This document shows, one piece after another, positions 40,207-53,100 of a stretch of 64,000 nucleotides of DNA (positions are counted from its first letter, which is position 1; every line of letters begins with the position of its first letter). The stretch covers positions 1-64,000 of the forward strand of contig CAXHJY010001273.1 in NCBI GenBank assembly GCA_964016885.1, given 5' to 3'. Position numbers and translations under genes: made by a program. The notes beneath the pieces are model-generated. The model did no database searches. It saw only the letters and a list, made by a program, of their open reading frames with translations, and was not told where the DNA came from. The DNA comes from Eledone cirrhosa. Taxonomy: Eukaryota.

Positions 40207-41006
40207 CACAACAACAACAACAACGACATCAACAACAAAAACTGTAACAACGACATCAACAACAACAACGATAGCAGCAACAAACGGACAACGACAACGA
40301 TGACAACAACAACAACAACGACAGCAGCAACAACAACTGCAACAACAACGACAACAATAACCTCAACAACAACAACAACACCAGCAGCAACAACACTACC
40401 ACCACCAACAATAATAACATAACACTAACAACAACGACAACAACAATATCAACAGCAACAACGCGACCACCAACAACATAACAACAACATCACCAACACC
40501 ACCACCACCAACAACAACAACAATAGCATAACAACAGCACCAACACCACCACCACTAACAACAACAACTACAACAACTACATCAACAGCAATACCACCAC
40601 CAACAATAACATAACAACACCATCACCAACGCCACCACCACCAACAACAACCATAACATAACACCACCAACACCACCACCACTAACAACAACTACAACAG
40701 CAATACCACCACCACCAACACTACCACTAACAACAACAACGACAACAACAACAGTAACATCAACAGAAACAGCACCACCACCACCACCAACAACAACACC
40801 AACAACACCGCCTCTAACAACAACAACGACAACAATAACAGTAGCAACAACAACAGTAACAACAACAGCAACAACACCAGCAACAACACCACCACCACAA
40901 CCAACAACAACAAGATCAACAATAACATTAAAAAAACAGCAACAACAACTACAACAACAACTACAACAACACCAACAACTACAGCAACAACTACAACAAC
41001 AACACA
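40207..41006. repeat. Degenerate (CAA)n/(CCA)n low-complexity tract
   Basis: Direct reading. Confidence 0.92.
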
Positions 41007-41160
41007 ATTTTACATCTTATATAGTAGCTGTCATATTTTACGGTTGATTATGTTTTCATGATTTTTCAACCTGATTTCAACTTAACTCATTTGAGCGGAA
41101 CAGAATAATGGCGGTTGAGGATGTAGTTAAATAACTGGTCGGCCATTTTGAAATGGGTCA

Positions 41161-44100
41161 CTTGGTGTTAGTGTGAGTGTTGGCAGTGGTGTTGTTGTGG
41201 TGGTGTTGTGGCGCTGGCAGTGGTGTGTGTTGGAGTTAGTGTAGGTGTTGTGGTGGTGTTGTGGTGCTGGCAGTGGTGGTGTTAGTGTTAGATGTAGCAG
41301 TGGTGTTGGTGTTAGTGGTGACAGTGGTGGTGTTGGTGTTAGTGGTAGCGGTGGTGGTGTTGTGGTGGTGTTGTGGCGTTGGCAGTGGTGGTGTTGGAGT
41401 TAGTGGTAGCAGTGGTGGTGTTGGTGTTAGTGATGGCAGTGGTGGTGTTGGTGTTAGTGGTAGCAGTGGTAGTGTTGGTGTTAGTAGTGGCAGTGGTGGT
41501 ATTAGTGGTAGCGGTGTTGTGGTGGTGTTGGTGTCAGTGGTGGCAGTGGTGGTGTTGGTGGCAGTGGTGACAGTGGTGGTGTTGGTGTTAGAGGTGGCAG
41601 TGGTGGTGTTGGTGTCAGTGGTGGCAGTGGTGGTGTTGGTGTCAGTGGTGGCAGTGGTGGTGTTGGTGTTAGTGGTGGCAGTGGTGGTATGGTGTTAGTG
41701 GTGGCAGTGGTGGTGTTGGTGTTAGTGGTGACGGTGGTGGTGTTGGTGTTAGTGGTGGCAGTGGTGGTGTTGGTGTTAGTGGTGGCAGTGGTGGTGTTGG
41801 TGTTAGTGGTGACAGTGGTGGTGTTGGTGTTAGTGGTGGCAGTGGTGGTATTGGTGTTAGTGGTGGCAGTGGTGGTGTTGGTGTCAGTGGTGACAGTGGT
41901 GGTGTTGGTGTTAGTGGTGACAGTGGTGGTGTTGGTGTTAGTGGTGGCAGTGGTGGTGTTGGTGTTAGTGGTGACGGTGGTGGTGTTGGTGTTAGTGGTG
42001 GTATTGGTGTTAGTGGTGGCAGTGGTGGTGTTGGTGTCAGTGGTGACAGTGGTGGTGTTGGTGGCAGTGGTGGTGTTGGTGTTAGTGGTGGCAGTGGTGG
42101 TGTTGGTGGCAGTGGTGGCAGTGGTGGTGTTGGTGTTAGTGGTGGCAGTGGTGGTATTGGTGTTAGTGGTGGCAGTGGTGCTGGTGGTGTTAGTGGTGAC
42201 AGTGGTGGCGTTGGTGGCAGTGGTGACAGTGGTGGTGTTGGTGTTAGTGGTGGCAGTGGTGCTGTTGGTGGCAGTGGTGACAGTGGTGGTGTTGGTGTTA
42301 GTGGTGACAGTGGTGGTGTTGGTGTTAGTGGTGGCAGTGGTGGTGTTGGTGTTAGTGGTGGCAGTGGTGCTGTTGGTGGCAGTGGTGACAGTGGTGGTGT
42401 TGGTGTTAGTGGTGACAGTGGTGGTGTTGGTGTTAGTGGTGGCAGTGGTGGTGTTGGTGTTAGTGGTGACAGTGGTGGTGTTGGTGGCAGTGGTGGCAGT
42501 GGTGGTATGGTGTTAGTGGTGGCAGTGGTGGTGTTCGTGTTAGTGGTGGCAGTGGTGGTATGGTGTTAGTGGTGGCAGTGGTGGTGTTGGTGTTAGTGGT
42601 GACAGTGGTGGTGTTGGTGTTAGTGGTGGCAGTGGTGGTATTGGTGTTAGTGGTGGCAGTGGTGGTGTTGGTGTTAGTGGTGGCAGTGGTGGTATTGGTG
42701 TTAGTGGTGGCAGTGGTGGTGTTGGTGTCAGTGGTGACAGTGGTGGTGTTGGTGTCAGTGGTGACAGTGGTGGTGTTGGTGTTAGTGGTGGCAGTGGTGG
42801 TATTGGTGTTAGTGGTGGCAGTGGTGGTGTTGTTGGCAGTTGTGGTGGTGTTGGTGGCAGTGGTGGCAGTGGTGGTGTTGGTGGCAGTGGTGACAGTGGT
42901 AGTGTTGGTGCTAATGGTGACAGTGGTGGTGTTGGTGGCAGTGGTGACAGTGGTGGTGTTGGTGATAGTGGTGGCAGTGGTGGTGTTGGTGTTAGTGGAG
43001 GCAGTGGTGGTATTGGTGTTAGTGGTGGCAGTGGTGGTGTTGGTGTTAGTGGTGGCAGTGGTGGTGTTGGTGTTAGTGGTGATAGTGGTGGTGTTGGTGT
43101 TAGTGGTGACAGTGGTGGTGTTGGTGTCAGAGGTGTCTGTGGTGGTATTGGTGTTAGTGGTGGCAGTGGTGGTGTTGGTGGCAGTGGTGACAGTGGTGGT
43201 GTTGGTGTTAGTGGTGGCAGTGGTGGTGTTGGTGTTAGTGGAGGCAGTGGTGGTATTGGTGTTAGTGGTGGCAGTGGTGGTGTTGGTGTTAGTGGTGGCA
43301 GTGGTGGTGTTGGTGTTAGTGGTGATAGTGGTGGTGTTGGTGTTAGTGGTGACAGTGGTGGTGTTGGTGTCAGTGGTGGCAGTGGTGGTATTGGTGTTAG
43401 TGGTGGCAGTGGTGGTGTTGGTGGCAGTGGTGACAGTGGTGGTGTTGGTGGCAGTGGTGGCAGTGGTGGTGTTGGTGGCAGTGGTGGCAGTGGTGGTGTT
43501 GGTGGCAGTGGTGACGGTGGTAGTGTTGGTGTTAGTGGTGGCAGTGGTGGTGTTGGTGTTAGTGGTGACAGTGGTGGTGTTGGTGGCAGTGGTGGCAGTG
43601 GTGGTATGGTGTTAGTGGTGGCAGTGGTGGTGTTGGTGTTAGTGGTGACAGTGGTGGTGTTGGTGGCAGTGGTGGCAGTGGTGGTGTTGGTGGCAGTGGT
43701 GGCAGTGGTGGTGTTGGTGGCAGTGGTGACAGTGGTAGTGTTGGTGTTAGTGGTGACAGTGGTGGTGTTGGTGGCAGTGGTGGCAGTGGTGGTGTTGCTG
43801 TTAGTGGTGGTGTTGGTGTCAGTGGTGACAGTGGTGGTGTTGGTGTTAGTGGTGGCAGTGGTGGTGTTGGTGTTAGTGGTGACATTGGTGGTGTTGGTGT
43901 TAGTGGTGGCAGTGGTGGTGTTGGTGTTAGTGGTGGCAGTGGTGGTGTTGGTGTTAGGGGTGGTGTTGGTGTTAGTGGTGGCAGTGGTGGTGTTGGTGTT
44001 AGTGGTGGCAGTGGTGGTGTTGGTGTTAGTGGTGGCAGTGGTGGTATTGGTGTTAGTGGTGGCAGTGGTGGTGTTGGTGTCAGTGGTGACAGTGGTGGTG

Positions 44101-47100
44101 TTGGTGTCAGTGGTGACAGTGGTGGTGTTGGTGTTAGTGGTGGCAGTGGTGGTATTGGTGTTAGTGGTGGCAGTGGTGGTGTTGTTGGCAGTTGTGGTGG
44201 TGTTGGTGGCAGTGGTGGCAGTGGTGGTGTTGGTGGCAGTGGTGACAGTGGTAGTGTTGGTGCTAGTGGTGACAGTGGTGGTGTTGGTGGCAGTGGTGAC
44301 AGTGGTGGTGTTGGTGATAGTGGTGGCAGTGGTGGTGTTGGTGTTAGTGGATGCAGTGGTGGTATTGGTGTTAGTGGTGGCAGTGGTGGTGTTGGTGTTA
44401 GTGGTGGCAGTGGTGGTGTTGGTGTTAGTGGTGATAGTGGTGGTGTTGGTGTTAGTGGTGACAGTGGTGGTGTTGGTGTCAGAGGTGTCTGTGGTGGTAT
44501 TGGTGTTAGTGGTGGCAGTGGTGGTGTTGGTGGCAGTGGTGACAGTGGTGGTGTTGGTGTTAGTGGTGGCAGTGGTGGTGTTGGTGTTAGTGGAGGCAGT
44601 GGTGGTATTGGTGTTAGTGGTGGCAGTGGTGGTGTTGGTGTTAGTGGTGGCAGTGGTGGTGTTGGTGTTAGTGGTGATAGTGGTGGTGTTGGTGTTAGTG
44701 GTGACAGTGGTGGTGTTGGTGTCAGTGGTGGCAGTGGTGGTATTGGTGTTAGTGGTGGCAGTGGTGGTGTTGGTGGCAGTGGTGACAGTGGTGGTGTTGG
44801 TGGCAGTGGTGGCAGTGGTGGTGTTGGTGGCAGTGGTGGCAGTGGTGGTGTTGGTGGCAGTGGTGACGGTGGTAGTGTTGGTGTTAGTGGTGGCAGTGGT
44901 GGTGTTGGTGTTAGTGGTGACAGTGGTGGTGTTGGTGGCAGTGGTGGCAGTGGTGGTATGGTGTTAGTGGTGGCAGTGGTGGTGTTGGTGTTAGTGGTGA
45001 CAGTGGTGGTGTTGGTGGCAGTGGTGGCAGTGGTGGTGTTGGTGGCAGTGGTGGCAGTGGTGGTGTTGGTGGCAGTGGTGACAGTGGTAGTGTTGGTGTT
45101 AGTGGTGACAGTGGTGGTGTTGGTGGCAGTGGTGGCAGTGGTGGTGTTGCTGTTAGTGGTGGTGTTGGTGTCAGTGGTGACAGTGGTGGTGTTGGTGTTA
45201 GTGGTGGCAGTGGTGGTGTTGGTGTTAGTGGTGACATTGGTGGTGTTGGTGTTAGTGGTGGCAGTGGTGGTGTTGGTGTTAGTGGTGGCAGTGGTGGTGT
45301 TGGTGTTAGGGGTGGTGTTGGTGTTAGTGGTGGCAGGGGTGGTGTTGGTGTTAGTGGTGGCAGTGGTGGTGTTGGTGTTAGTGGTGACGGTGGTGGTGTT
45401 GGTGTTAGTGGTGGTGTTGGTGTTAGTGGTGGCAGTGGTGGTGTTGGTGGCAGTGGTGGTGTTGGTGTTAGTGGTGGCAGTGGTGGTGTTGGTGTTAGTG
45501 GTGGCAGTGGTGGTGTTGGTGTTAGTGGTGGCAGTGGTGGTGTTGGTGTTAGTGGTGGCAGTGGTGGTGTTGGTGTTAGTGGTGACGGTGGTGGTGTTGG
45601 TGTTAGTGGTGACAGTGGTGGTGTTGGTGTTAGTGGTGGCAGTGGTGGTGTTGGTGTTAGTGTTGGTGTTGGTGTCAGTGGTGACAGTGGTGGTGTTGGT
45701 GTTAGTGGTGGCAGTGGTGGTGTTGGTGTTAGTGGTGGTGTTGGTGTTAGTGGTGGCAGTGGTGGTGTTGGTGTTAGTGGTGGCAGTGGTGGTGTTGGTG
45801 TTAGTGGTGACGGTGGTGGTGTTGGTGTTAGTGGTGACAGTGGTGGTGTTGGTGTTAGTGGTGGCAGTGATGGTGTTGGTGTTAGTGGTGGTGTTGGTGT
45901 CAGTGGTGACAGTGGTGGTGTTGGTGTTAGTGGTGGCAGTGGTGGTGTTGGTGTTAGTGGTGACGGTGGTGGTGTTGGTGTTAGTGGTGACAGTGGTGGT
46001 GTTGGTGTTAGTGGTGGCAGTGGTGGTGTTGGTGTTAGTGGTGGTGTTGGTGTCAGTGGTGACAGTGGTGGTGTTGGTGTTAGTGGTGGCAGTGGTGGTG
46101 TTGGTGTTAGTGGTGGTGTTGGTGTTAGTGGTGGCAGTGGTGGTGTTGGTGTTAGTGGTGACGGTGGTGGTGTTGGTGTTAGAGGTGACAGTGGTGGTGT
46201 TGGTGTTAGTGGTGGCAGTGGTGGTGTTGGTGTTAGTGGTGACAGTGGTGGTGTTGGTGTTAGTGGTGGCAGTGGTGGTGTTGGTGTTAGTGGTGGCAGT
46301 GGTGGTGTTGGTGTTAGTGGTGACAGTGGTGGTGTTGGTGTTAGTGGTGGTGTTGGTGTCAGTGGTGACAGTGGTGGTGTTGGTGTTAGTGGTGGCAGTG
46401 GTGGTGCTGGTGTTAGTGGTGACAGTGGTGCTGTTGGTGTTAGTGGTGACGGTGGTGGTGTTGGTGTCAGTGGTGACAGTGGTGGTGTTGGTGTTAGTGG
46501 TGGCAGTGGTGGTGTTGGTGTTAGTGGTGACGGTGTTGGTGTTAGTGGTGACAGTGGTGGTGTTGGTGTTAGTGGTGACGGTGGTGGTGTTGGTGTCAGT
46601 GGTGACAGTGGTGGTGTTGGTGTTAGTGGTGGCAGTGGTGGTGTTGGTGTTAGTGGTGACAGTGGTGGTGTTGGTGTCAGTGGTGACAGTGGTGGTGTTG
46701 GTGTTAGTGGTGGCAGTGGTGGTGTTGGTGTTAGTGGTGACAGTGGTGGTGTTGGTGTCAGTGGTGGCAGTGGTGGTGTTGGTGTTAGTGGTGACAGTGG
46801 TGGTGTTGGTGTCAGTGGTGACAGTGGTGGTGTTGGTGTTAGTGGTGGCAGTGGTGGTGTTGGTGTTAGTGGTGACAGTGGGGGTGTTGGTGTTAGTGGT
46901 GGCAGTGGTGGCAGTGGTGACAGTGGTGGTGTTGGTGTTAGTGGTGGCAGTGGTGGTGTTGGTGTCAGTGGTGACAGTGGTGGTGTTGGTGTTAGTGGTG
47001 ACAGTGGTGGTGGTGGTGGTGTTAGTGGTGGCAGTGGTGGTGTTGGTGTTAGTGGTGACAGTGGTGGTGTTGGTGTTAGTGGTGGCAGTGGTGACAGTGG

Positions 47101-50100
47101 TGGTGTTAGTGGTGACAGTGGTGGTGTTGGTGGCAGTGGTGACAGTGGTGGTGTTGGTGTTAGTGGTGGCAGTGGTGGTGTTGGTGTCAGTGGTGACAGT
47201 GGTGGTGTTGGTGTTAGTGGTGACAGTGGTGGTGTTGGTATAAGTGGTGACAGTGGTGGTGTTGGTGTTAGTTGTGACAGTGGTGGTGTTGGTGTTAGTG
47301 GTGGCAGTGGTGGTGTTGGTGGCAGTGGTGACAGTGGTGGTGTTGGTGGCAGTGGTGGCAGTGGTGGTGTTGGTGTTAGTGGTGGCAGTGGTGCTGTTGG
47401 TGTTAGTGGTGACAGTGGTGGTGTTGGTGTTAGTGGTGGCAGTGGTGGTGTTGGTGTTAGTGGTGACAGTGGTGGTGTTGGTGTTAGTGGTGACAGTGGT
47501 GGTGTTGGTGGCAGTTATGACAGTGGTGGTGTTGGTGGCAGTTATGACAGTGGTGGTGTTGGTGGCAGTTATGACAGTGGTGGTGTTGGTGGCAGTGGTG
47601 ACAGTGGTGGTGTTGGTGTTAGTGGTGACAGTGGTGGTGTTGGTGGCAGTGGTGGCAGTGGTGGTGTTGGTGTTAGTGGTGACAGTGGTGGTGTTGGTGT
47701 TAGGGGTGGCAGTGGTGGTGTTGGTGGCAGTGGTGGCAGTGGTGGTGTTGGTGTTAGTGGTGACAGTGGTGGTGTTGGTGGCAGTGGTGGCAGTGGTGGT
47801 GTTGGTGTTAGTGGTGACAGTGGTGGTGTTGGTGTTAGGGGTGGCAGTGGTGGTGTTGGTGGCAGTGGTGGCAGTGGTGGTGTTGGTGTTAGTGGTGACA
47901 GTGGTGGTGTTGGTGTTAGTGGTGACAGTGGTGGTGTTGGTGGCATTGGTGGCAGTGGTGGTGTTGGTGTTAGTGGTGACAGTGGTGGTGTTGGTGTTAG
48001 GGGTGGCAGTGGTGGTGTTGGTGTTAGTGGTGACAGTGGTGGTGTTGGTGTTAGTGGTGACAGTGGTGGTGTTGGTGTTAGTGGTGACAGTGGTGGTGTT
48101 GGTGTTAGTGGTGGCAGTGGTGGTGTTGGTGGCAGTTATGACAGTGGTGGTGTTGGTGGCAGTGGTGGCAGTGGTGGTGTTGGTGGCAGTGGTGACAGTG
48201 GTGGTGTTGGTGGCAGTTATGACAGTGGTGGTGTTGGTGGCAGTGGTGACAGTGGTGGTGTTGGTGGCAGTGGTGGCAGTGGTGGTGTTGGTGTTAGTGG
48301 TGACAGTGGTGGTGTTGGTGTTAGTGGTGACAGTGGTGGTGTTGGTGTTAGTGGTGACAGTGGTGGTGTTGGTGTTAGTGGTGACAGTGGTGGTGTTGGT
48401 GTTAGTGGTGGCAGTGGTGGTGTTGGTGGCAGTTATGACAGTGGTGGTGTTGGTGGCAGTGGTGGCAGTGGTGGTGTTGGTGTTAGTGGTGACAGTGGTG
48501 GTGTTGGTGGCAGTTATGACAGTTGTGGTGTTGGTGGCAGTGGTGACAGTGGTGGTGTTGGTGGCAGTGGTGGCAGTGGTGGTGTTGGTGTTAGTGGTGA
48601 CAGTGGTGGTGGTGGTGTTTGTGGTGACAGTGGTGGTGTTGGTGTTAGTGGTGACAGTGGTGGTGTTGGTGTTAGTGGTGACAGTGGTGGTGTTGGTGTT
48701 AGTGGTGGCAGTGGTGGTGTTGGTGTTAGTGTTGGTGTTGGTGTCAGTGGTGACAGTGGTGGTGTTGGTGTTAGTGGTGGCAGTGGTGGTGTTGGTGTTA
48801 GTGGTGGTGTTGGTGTTAGTGGTGGCAGTGGTGGTGTTGGTGTTAGTGGTAGCAGTGGTGGTGTTGGTGTTAGTGGTGACGGTGGTGGTGTTGGTGTTAG
48901 TGGTGACAGTGGTGGTGTTGGTGTTAGTGGTGGCAGTGGTGGTGTTGGTGTTAGTGGTGGTGTTGGTGTCAGTGGTGACAGTGGTGGTGTTAGTGGTGGC
49001 AGTGGTGGTTTTGGTGTTAGTGGTGACAGTGGTGGTGTTGGTGTTAGTGGTGACAGTGGTGGTGTTGGTGTTAGTGGTGGCAGTGGTGGGGTTGGTGTTA
49101 GTGGTGACAGTGGTGGTGGTGGTGTTAGTGGTGACAGTGGTGGTGGTGGTGTTAGTGGTGACAGTGGTGGTGTTGGTGTTAGTGGTGACATTGGTGGTGT
49201 TGGTGGCAGTGGTGACAGTGGTGGTGTTGGTGGCAGTGGTGACAGTGGTGGTGTTGGTGTTAGTGGTGACATTGGTGGTGTTGGTGGCAGTGGTGACAGT
49301 GGTGGTGTTGGTGGCAGTGGTGACAGTGGTGGTGTTGGTGGCAGTGGTGGCAGTGGTGGTGTTGGTGTTAGTGGTGACAGTGGTGGTGTTGGTGTCAGTG
49401 GTGGCAGTGGTGGTGTTGGTGTTAGTGGTGGCAGTGGTGGTGTTGGTGTTAGTGGTGGCAGTGGTGGTGTTGGTGTTAGTGGTGACAGTGGTGGTGTTGG
49501 TGGCAGTGGTGACAGTGGTGGTGTTGGTGTTAGTGCTGGCAGTGGTGGTGTTGGTGTTAGTGGTGGCAGTGGTGGTGTTGGTGTTAGTGGTGGTGTTGGT
49601 GTTAGTGGTTGTGTTGGTGTTAGTGGTGGCTGTGGTGGTATGGTGTTAGTGGTGGCAGTGGTGGTGTTGCTGTTAGTGGTGACAGTGGTGGTGTTGGTGT
49701 TAGTGGTGACAGTGGTGGTGTTGGTGTTAGTGGTGGCAGTGGTGGTGTTGGTGTTAGTGGTGGCAGTGGTGGTATGTTGTTATTGGTGGCAGTGGTGGTG
49801 TTGGTGTTAGTGGTGGCAGTGGTGGTGTTGGTGTTAGTGGTGTCAGTGGTGGTGTTGGTGTTAGTGGTGGCAGTGGTGGTATGGTGTTAGTGGTGGCAGT
49901 GGTGGTGTTGGTGCTAGTGGTGACAGTGGTGGTGTTGGTGTTAGTGGTGACAGTGGTGGTGTTGGTGGCAGTGGTGACAGTGGTGGTGTTGGTGTTAGTG
50001 GTGGCAGTGGTGGTGTTGGTGTTAGTGGTGACAGTGGTGGTGTTGGTGTTAGTGGTGACAGTGGTGGTGTTGGTGACAGTGGTGGCAGTGGTGGTGTTGG

Positions 50101-53100
50101 TGTTAGTGGTGGCAGTGGTGGTGTTGGTGTTAGTGGTGACAGTGGTGGTGTTGGTGTTAGTGGTGGCAGTGGTGGTGGTGGTGTTAGTGGTGGCAGTGGT
50201 GGTTTTGGTGTTAGTGGTGACAGTGGTGGTGTTGGTGTTAGTGGTGACAGTGGTGGTGTTGGTGTTAGTGGTGGCAGTGGTGGTGTTGGTGTTAGTGGTG
50301 ACAGTGGTGGTGGTGGTGTTAGTGGTGGTGTTAGTGGTGACAGTGGTGGTGTTGGTGTTAGTGGTGACAGTGGTGGTGTTGGTGGCAGTGGTGACAGTGG
50401 TGGTGTTGGTGGCAGTGGTGGCAGTGGTAGTGTTGGTGTTAGTGGTGGCAGTGGTGGTGTTGGTGTTAGTGGTGACAGTGGTGGTGTTGGTGTCAGTGGT
50501 GACAGTGGTGGTGTTGGTGTTAGTGGTGGCAGTGGTGGTGTTGGTGTTAGTGGTGGCAGTGGTGGTGTTGGTGTTAGTGGTGGCAGTGGTGGTGTTGGTG
50601 TTAGTGGTGACAGTGGTGGTGTTGGTGGCAGTGGTGACAGTGGTGGTGTTGGTGTTAGTGCTGGCAGTGGTGCTGTTGGTGTTAGTGGTGGCAGTGGTGG
50701 TGTTGGTGTTAGTGGTGGTGTTGGTGTTAGTGGTGGTGTTGGTGTTAGTGGTGGCAGTGGTGGTATGGTGTTAGTGGTGGCAGTGGTGGTGTTGGTGTTA
50801 GTGGTGACAGTGGTGGTGTTGGTGTTAGTGGTGGCAGTGGTGGTGTTGGTGTTAGTGGTGGCAGTGGTGGTGTTGGTGTTAGTGGTGGCAGTGGTGGTAT
50901 GGTGTTATTGGTGGCAGTGGTGGTGTTGGTGTTAGTGGTGACAGTGGTGGTGTTGGTGTTAGTGGTGACAGTGGTGGTGTTGGTGGCAGTGGTGGCAGTG
51001 GTGGTGTTGGTGGCAGTGGTGACAGTGGTGCTGGTGGTGTTAGTGGTGACAGTGGTGGTGTTGGTGTTAGTGGTGACAGTGGTGGTGTTGGTGTTAGTGG
51101 TGGCAGTGGTGGTGTTGGTGGCAGTGATGACAGTGGTGGTGTTGGTGTTAGTGGTGACAGTGGTGGTGGTGGTGTTAGTGGTGACAGTGGTGGTGTTGGT
51201 GTTAGTGGTGACAGTGGTGGTGTTGGTGTTAGTGTTGACAGTGGTGGTGTTGGTGTTAGTGGTGACAGTGGTGGTGTTGGTGTTAGTGTTGGCAGTGGTG
51301 GTGGTGGTGTTAGTGGTGACAGTGGTGGTGTTGGTGGCAGTGGTGACAGTGGTGGTGTTGGTGGCAGTGGTGACAGTGGTGCTGGTGGTGTTAGTGGTGA
51401 CAGTGGTGGTGTTGGTGTTAGTGGTGACAGTGGTGGTGTTGGTGTTAGTGGTGACAGTGGTGGTGTTGGTGTTAGTGGTGACAGTGGTGGTGTTGGTGTT
51501 AGTGTTGACAGTGGTGGTGTTGGTGTTAGTGGTGACAGTGGTGGTGTTGGTGGCAGTGGTGACAGTGGTGGTGTTGGTGTTAGTGGTGGCAGTGGTGGTG
51601 TTGGTGTTAGTGGTGACAGTGGTGGTGTTGGTGTTAGTGGTGACAGTGGTGGTGTTGGTGACAGTGGTGGCAGTGGTGGTGTTGGTGTTAGTGGTGGCAG
51701 TGGTGGTGTTGGTGTTAGTGGTGACAGTGGTGGTGTTGGTGTTAGTGGTGGCAGTGGTGGTGGTGGTGTTAGTGGTGGCAGTGGTGGTTTTGGTGTTAGT
51801 GGTGACAGTGGTGGTGTTGGTGTTAGTGGTGACAGTGGTGGTGTTGGTGTTAGTGGTGGCAGTGGTGGTGTTGGTGTTAGTGGTGACAGTGGTGGTGGTG
51901 GTGTTAGTGGTGACAGTGGTGGTAGTGGTGTTAGTGGTGACAGTGGTGGTGTTGGTGTTAGTGGTGACAGTGGTGGTGTTGGTGGCAGTGGTGACAGTGG
52001 TGGTGTTGGTGGCAGTGGTGACAGTGGTGGTGTTGGTGGCAGTGGTGGCAGTGGTAGTGTTGGTGTTAGTGGTGGCAGTGGTGGTGTTGGTGTTAGTGGT
52101 GACAGTGGTGGTGTTGGTGTCAGTGGTGACAGTGGTGGTGTTGGTGTTAGTGGTGGCAGTGGTGGTGTTGGTGTTAGTGGTGGCAGTGGTGGTGTTGGTG
52201 TTAGTGGTGGCAGTGGTGGTGTTGGTGTTAGTGGTGACAGTGGTGGTGTTGGTGGCAGTGGTGACAGTGGTGGTGTTGGTGTTAGTGCTGGCAGTGGTGG
52301 TGTTGGTGTTAGTGGTGGCAGTGGTGGTGTTGGTGTTAGTGGTGGTGTTGGTGTTAGTGGTGGCAGTGGTGGTATGGTGTTAGTGGTGGCAGTGGTGGTG
52401 TTGGTGTTAGTGGTGACAGTGGTGGTGTTGGTGTTAGTGGTGGCAGTGGTGGTGTTGGTGTTAGTGGTGGCAGTGGTGGTGTTGGTGTTAGTGGTGGCAG
52501 TGGTGGTATGGTGTTATTGGTGGCAGTGGTGGTGTTGGTGTTAGTGGTGACAGTGGTGGTGTTGGTGTTAGTGGTGACAGTGGTGGTGTTGGTGGCAGTG
52601 GTGACAGTGGTGGTGTTGGTGGCAGTGGTGACAGTGGTGCTGGTGGTGTTAGTGGTGACAGTGGTGGTGTTGGTGGCAGTGGTGGCAGTGGTGGTGTTGG
52701 TGGCAGTGGTGACAGTGGTGCTGGTGGTGTTAGTGGTGACAGTGGTGGTGTTGGTGTTAGTGGTGACAGTGGTGGTGTTGGTGTTAGTGGTGGCAGTGGT
52801 GGTGTTGGTGGCAGTGATGACAGTGGTGGTGTTGGTGTTAGTGGTGACAGTGGTGGTGGTGGTGTTAGTGGTGACAGTGGTGGTGTTGGTGTTAGTGGTG
52901 ACAGTGGTGGTGTTGGTGTTAGTGTTGACAGTGGTAGTGTTGGTGTTAGTGGTGACAGCGGTGGTGTTGGTGTTAGTGTTGGCAGTGGTGGTGGTGGTGT
53001 TAGTGGTGACAGTGGTGGTGTTGGTGGCAGTGGTGACAGTGGTGGTGTTGGTGGCAGTGGTGACAGTGGTGCTGGTGGTGTTAGTGGTGACAGTGGTGGT

